A DNA stretch of 64,000 nucleotides from Tubulanus polymorphus (lineage: Eukaryota; Animalia; Nemertea), in contig NC_134033.1 in the NCBI RefSeq assembly GCF_964204645.1, positions 8,006,655-8,070,654 of the forward strand. Direction: 5' to 3'. Shown piece after piece: positions 63,383 to 64,000 of this stretch. The notes beneath the pieces are model-generated. The model made no database searches. It saw only the letters and a program-made list of their open reading frames with translations, and had not been told where the DNA came from. Each line of letters opens with the position of its first letter. Position 1 is the first letter of the stretch. A program made the position numbers and the translations under genes.

Positions 63383-64000
63383 AGATTCATCAAGAAAAAA
63401 ATCGATGGTTATGTCGTGTATGATGCCGATGGGCGATGGTGGTATGAGTCACCCCCGTCCCACCCAGGCTGTGTCGGTAGTAACGCCTCAAACCCAGCTC
63501 ACCTTCGGCTTCTTACAACAGTAAATCCTCTTTATTCATTCGTTGGTGATTATGGCTTTTTTCGTCATAAATATCTTGGTTATCTACATTGAGTTAGAAG
63601 TAGGCCTAATTGCTAATAGAAATGATTCCTATTTTTCGAGAAAACTGCTCGTTAAAATATGGTCAATGTTGAGCGGCGTAGGCCTATACGATAATTGAAC
63701 GTGGGTTCGAATCCAAGATTTTTCATAACGTTAACGTTCTTGCAAATATCATTCTATTCTATTCCATTCCTAGTATTCTCTCATATATAAATAATCTCCT
63801 TTTTAAATATCAAAGATATCGCTCTTATGAAATACTCAAGCCCCTGGTTTCAGAATGGGGCAAATCTGGTAATAAGCCTCTGAGAGAAAAGGACAATGTG
63901 TTGTTGTGCCTGTTCTCTCGTTTGTATATTTTAATCCTTTTTATAGTAACATTTTGACAGTTTGTAACATTCTCAACAGATTATAATCATAATTAGTTCC

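Overview
Eukaryotic, AT-rich, repeat-dense animal DNA. The repeat complement (DINE/HINE-like Helentron relics, CR1/L2 LINEs, Penelope, MULE, MITEs) suggests a marine invertebrate, probably a lophotrochozoan; this is an inference. Host genes reconstructed by hand from GT-AG exon chains: (1) an 11-exon hnRNP A/B-D-like gene (2 RRMs plus an RGG/Gly-Tyr tail ending RYNPY; + strand, 4002-20625, ~280 aa); (2) a probable head-to-head partner gene whose first exon (3756-3630, -) splices over a CR1/L2-type LINE; (3) TMEM126 (+, 36697-38169, 215 aa); (4) the last four exons of an unidentified single-pass membrane protein gene (-, 55993-46761). The rest is largely nested mobile DNA: an intron-containing, inactivated PHD-FLYWCH-MULE transposon, a Penelope element inside a HINE, a 1.2-kb foldback element, and many MITEs with readable TIRs and TSDs. 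The most striking signal is a strong excess of the palindrome TAGGCCTA and its variants. At three sites these can be shown to be insertions at a TA dinucleotide, one of which frameshifts the MULE transposase. They match the GG...CC termini of the TA-flanked foldback element, suggesting a pervasive transposon excision-footprint process. Other highlights are candidate NMD-enforced mutually exclusive micro-exons in the hnRNP gene and several CAG...CTG elements with 5-bp TSDs (hAT5-like). There is no CRISPR array or prokaryotic system. All coordinates and counts were read by eye.
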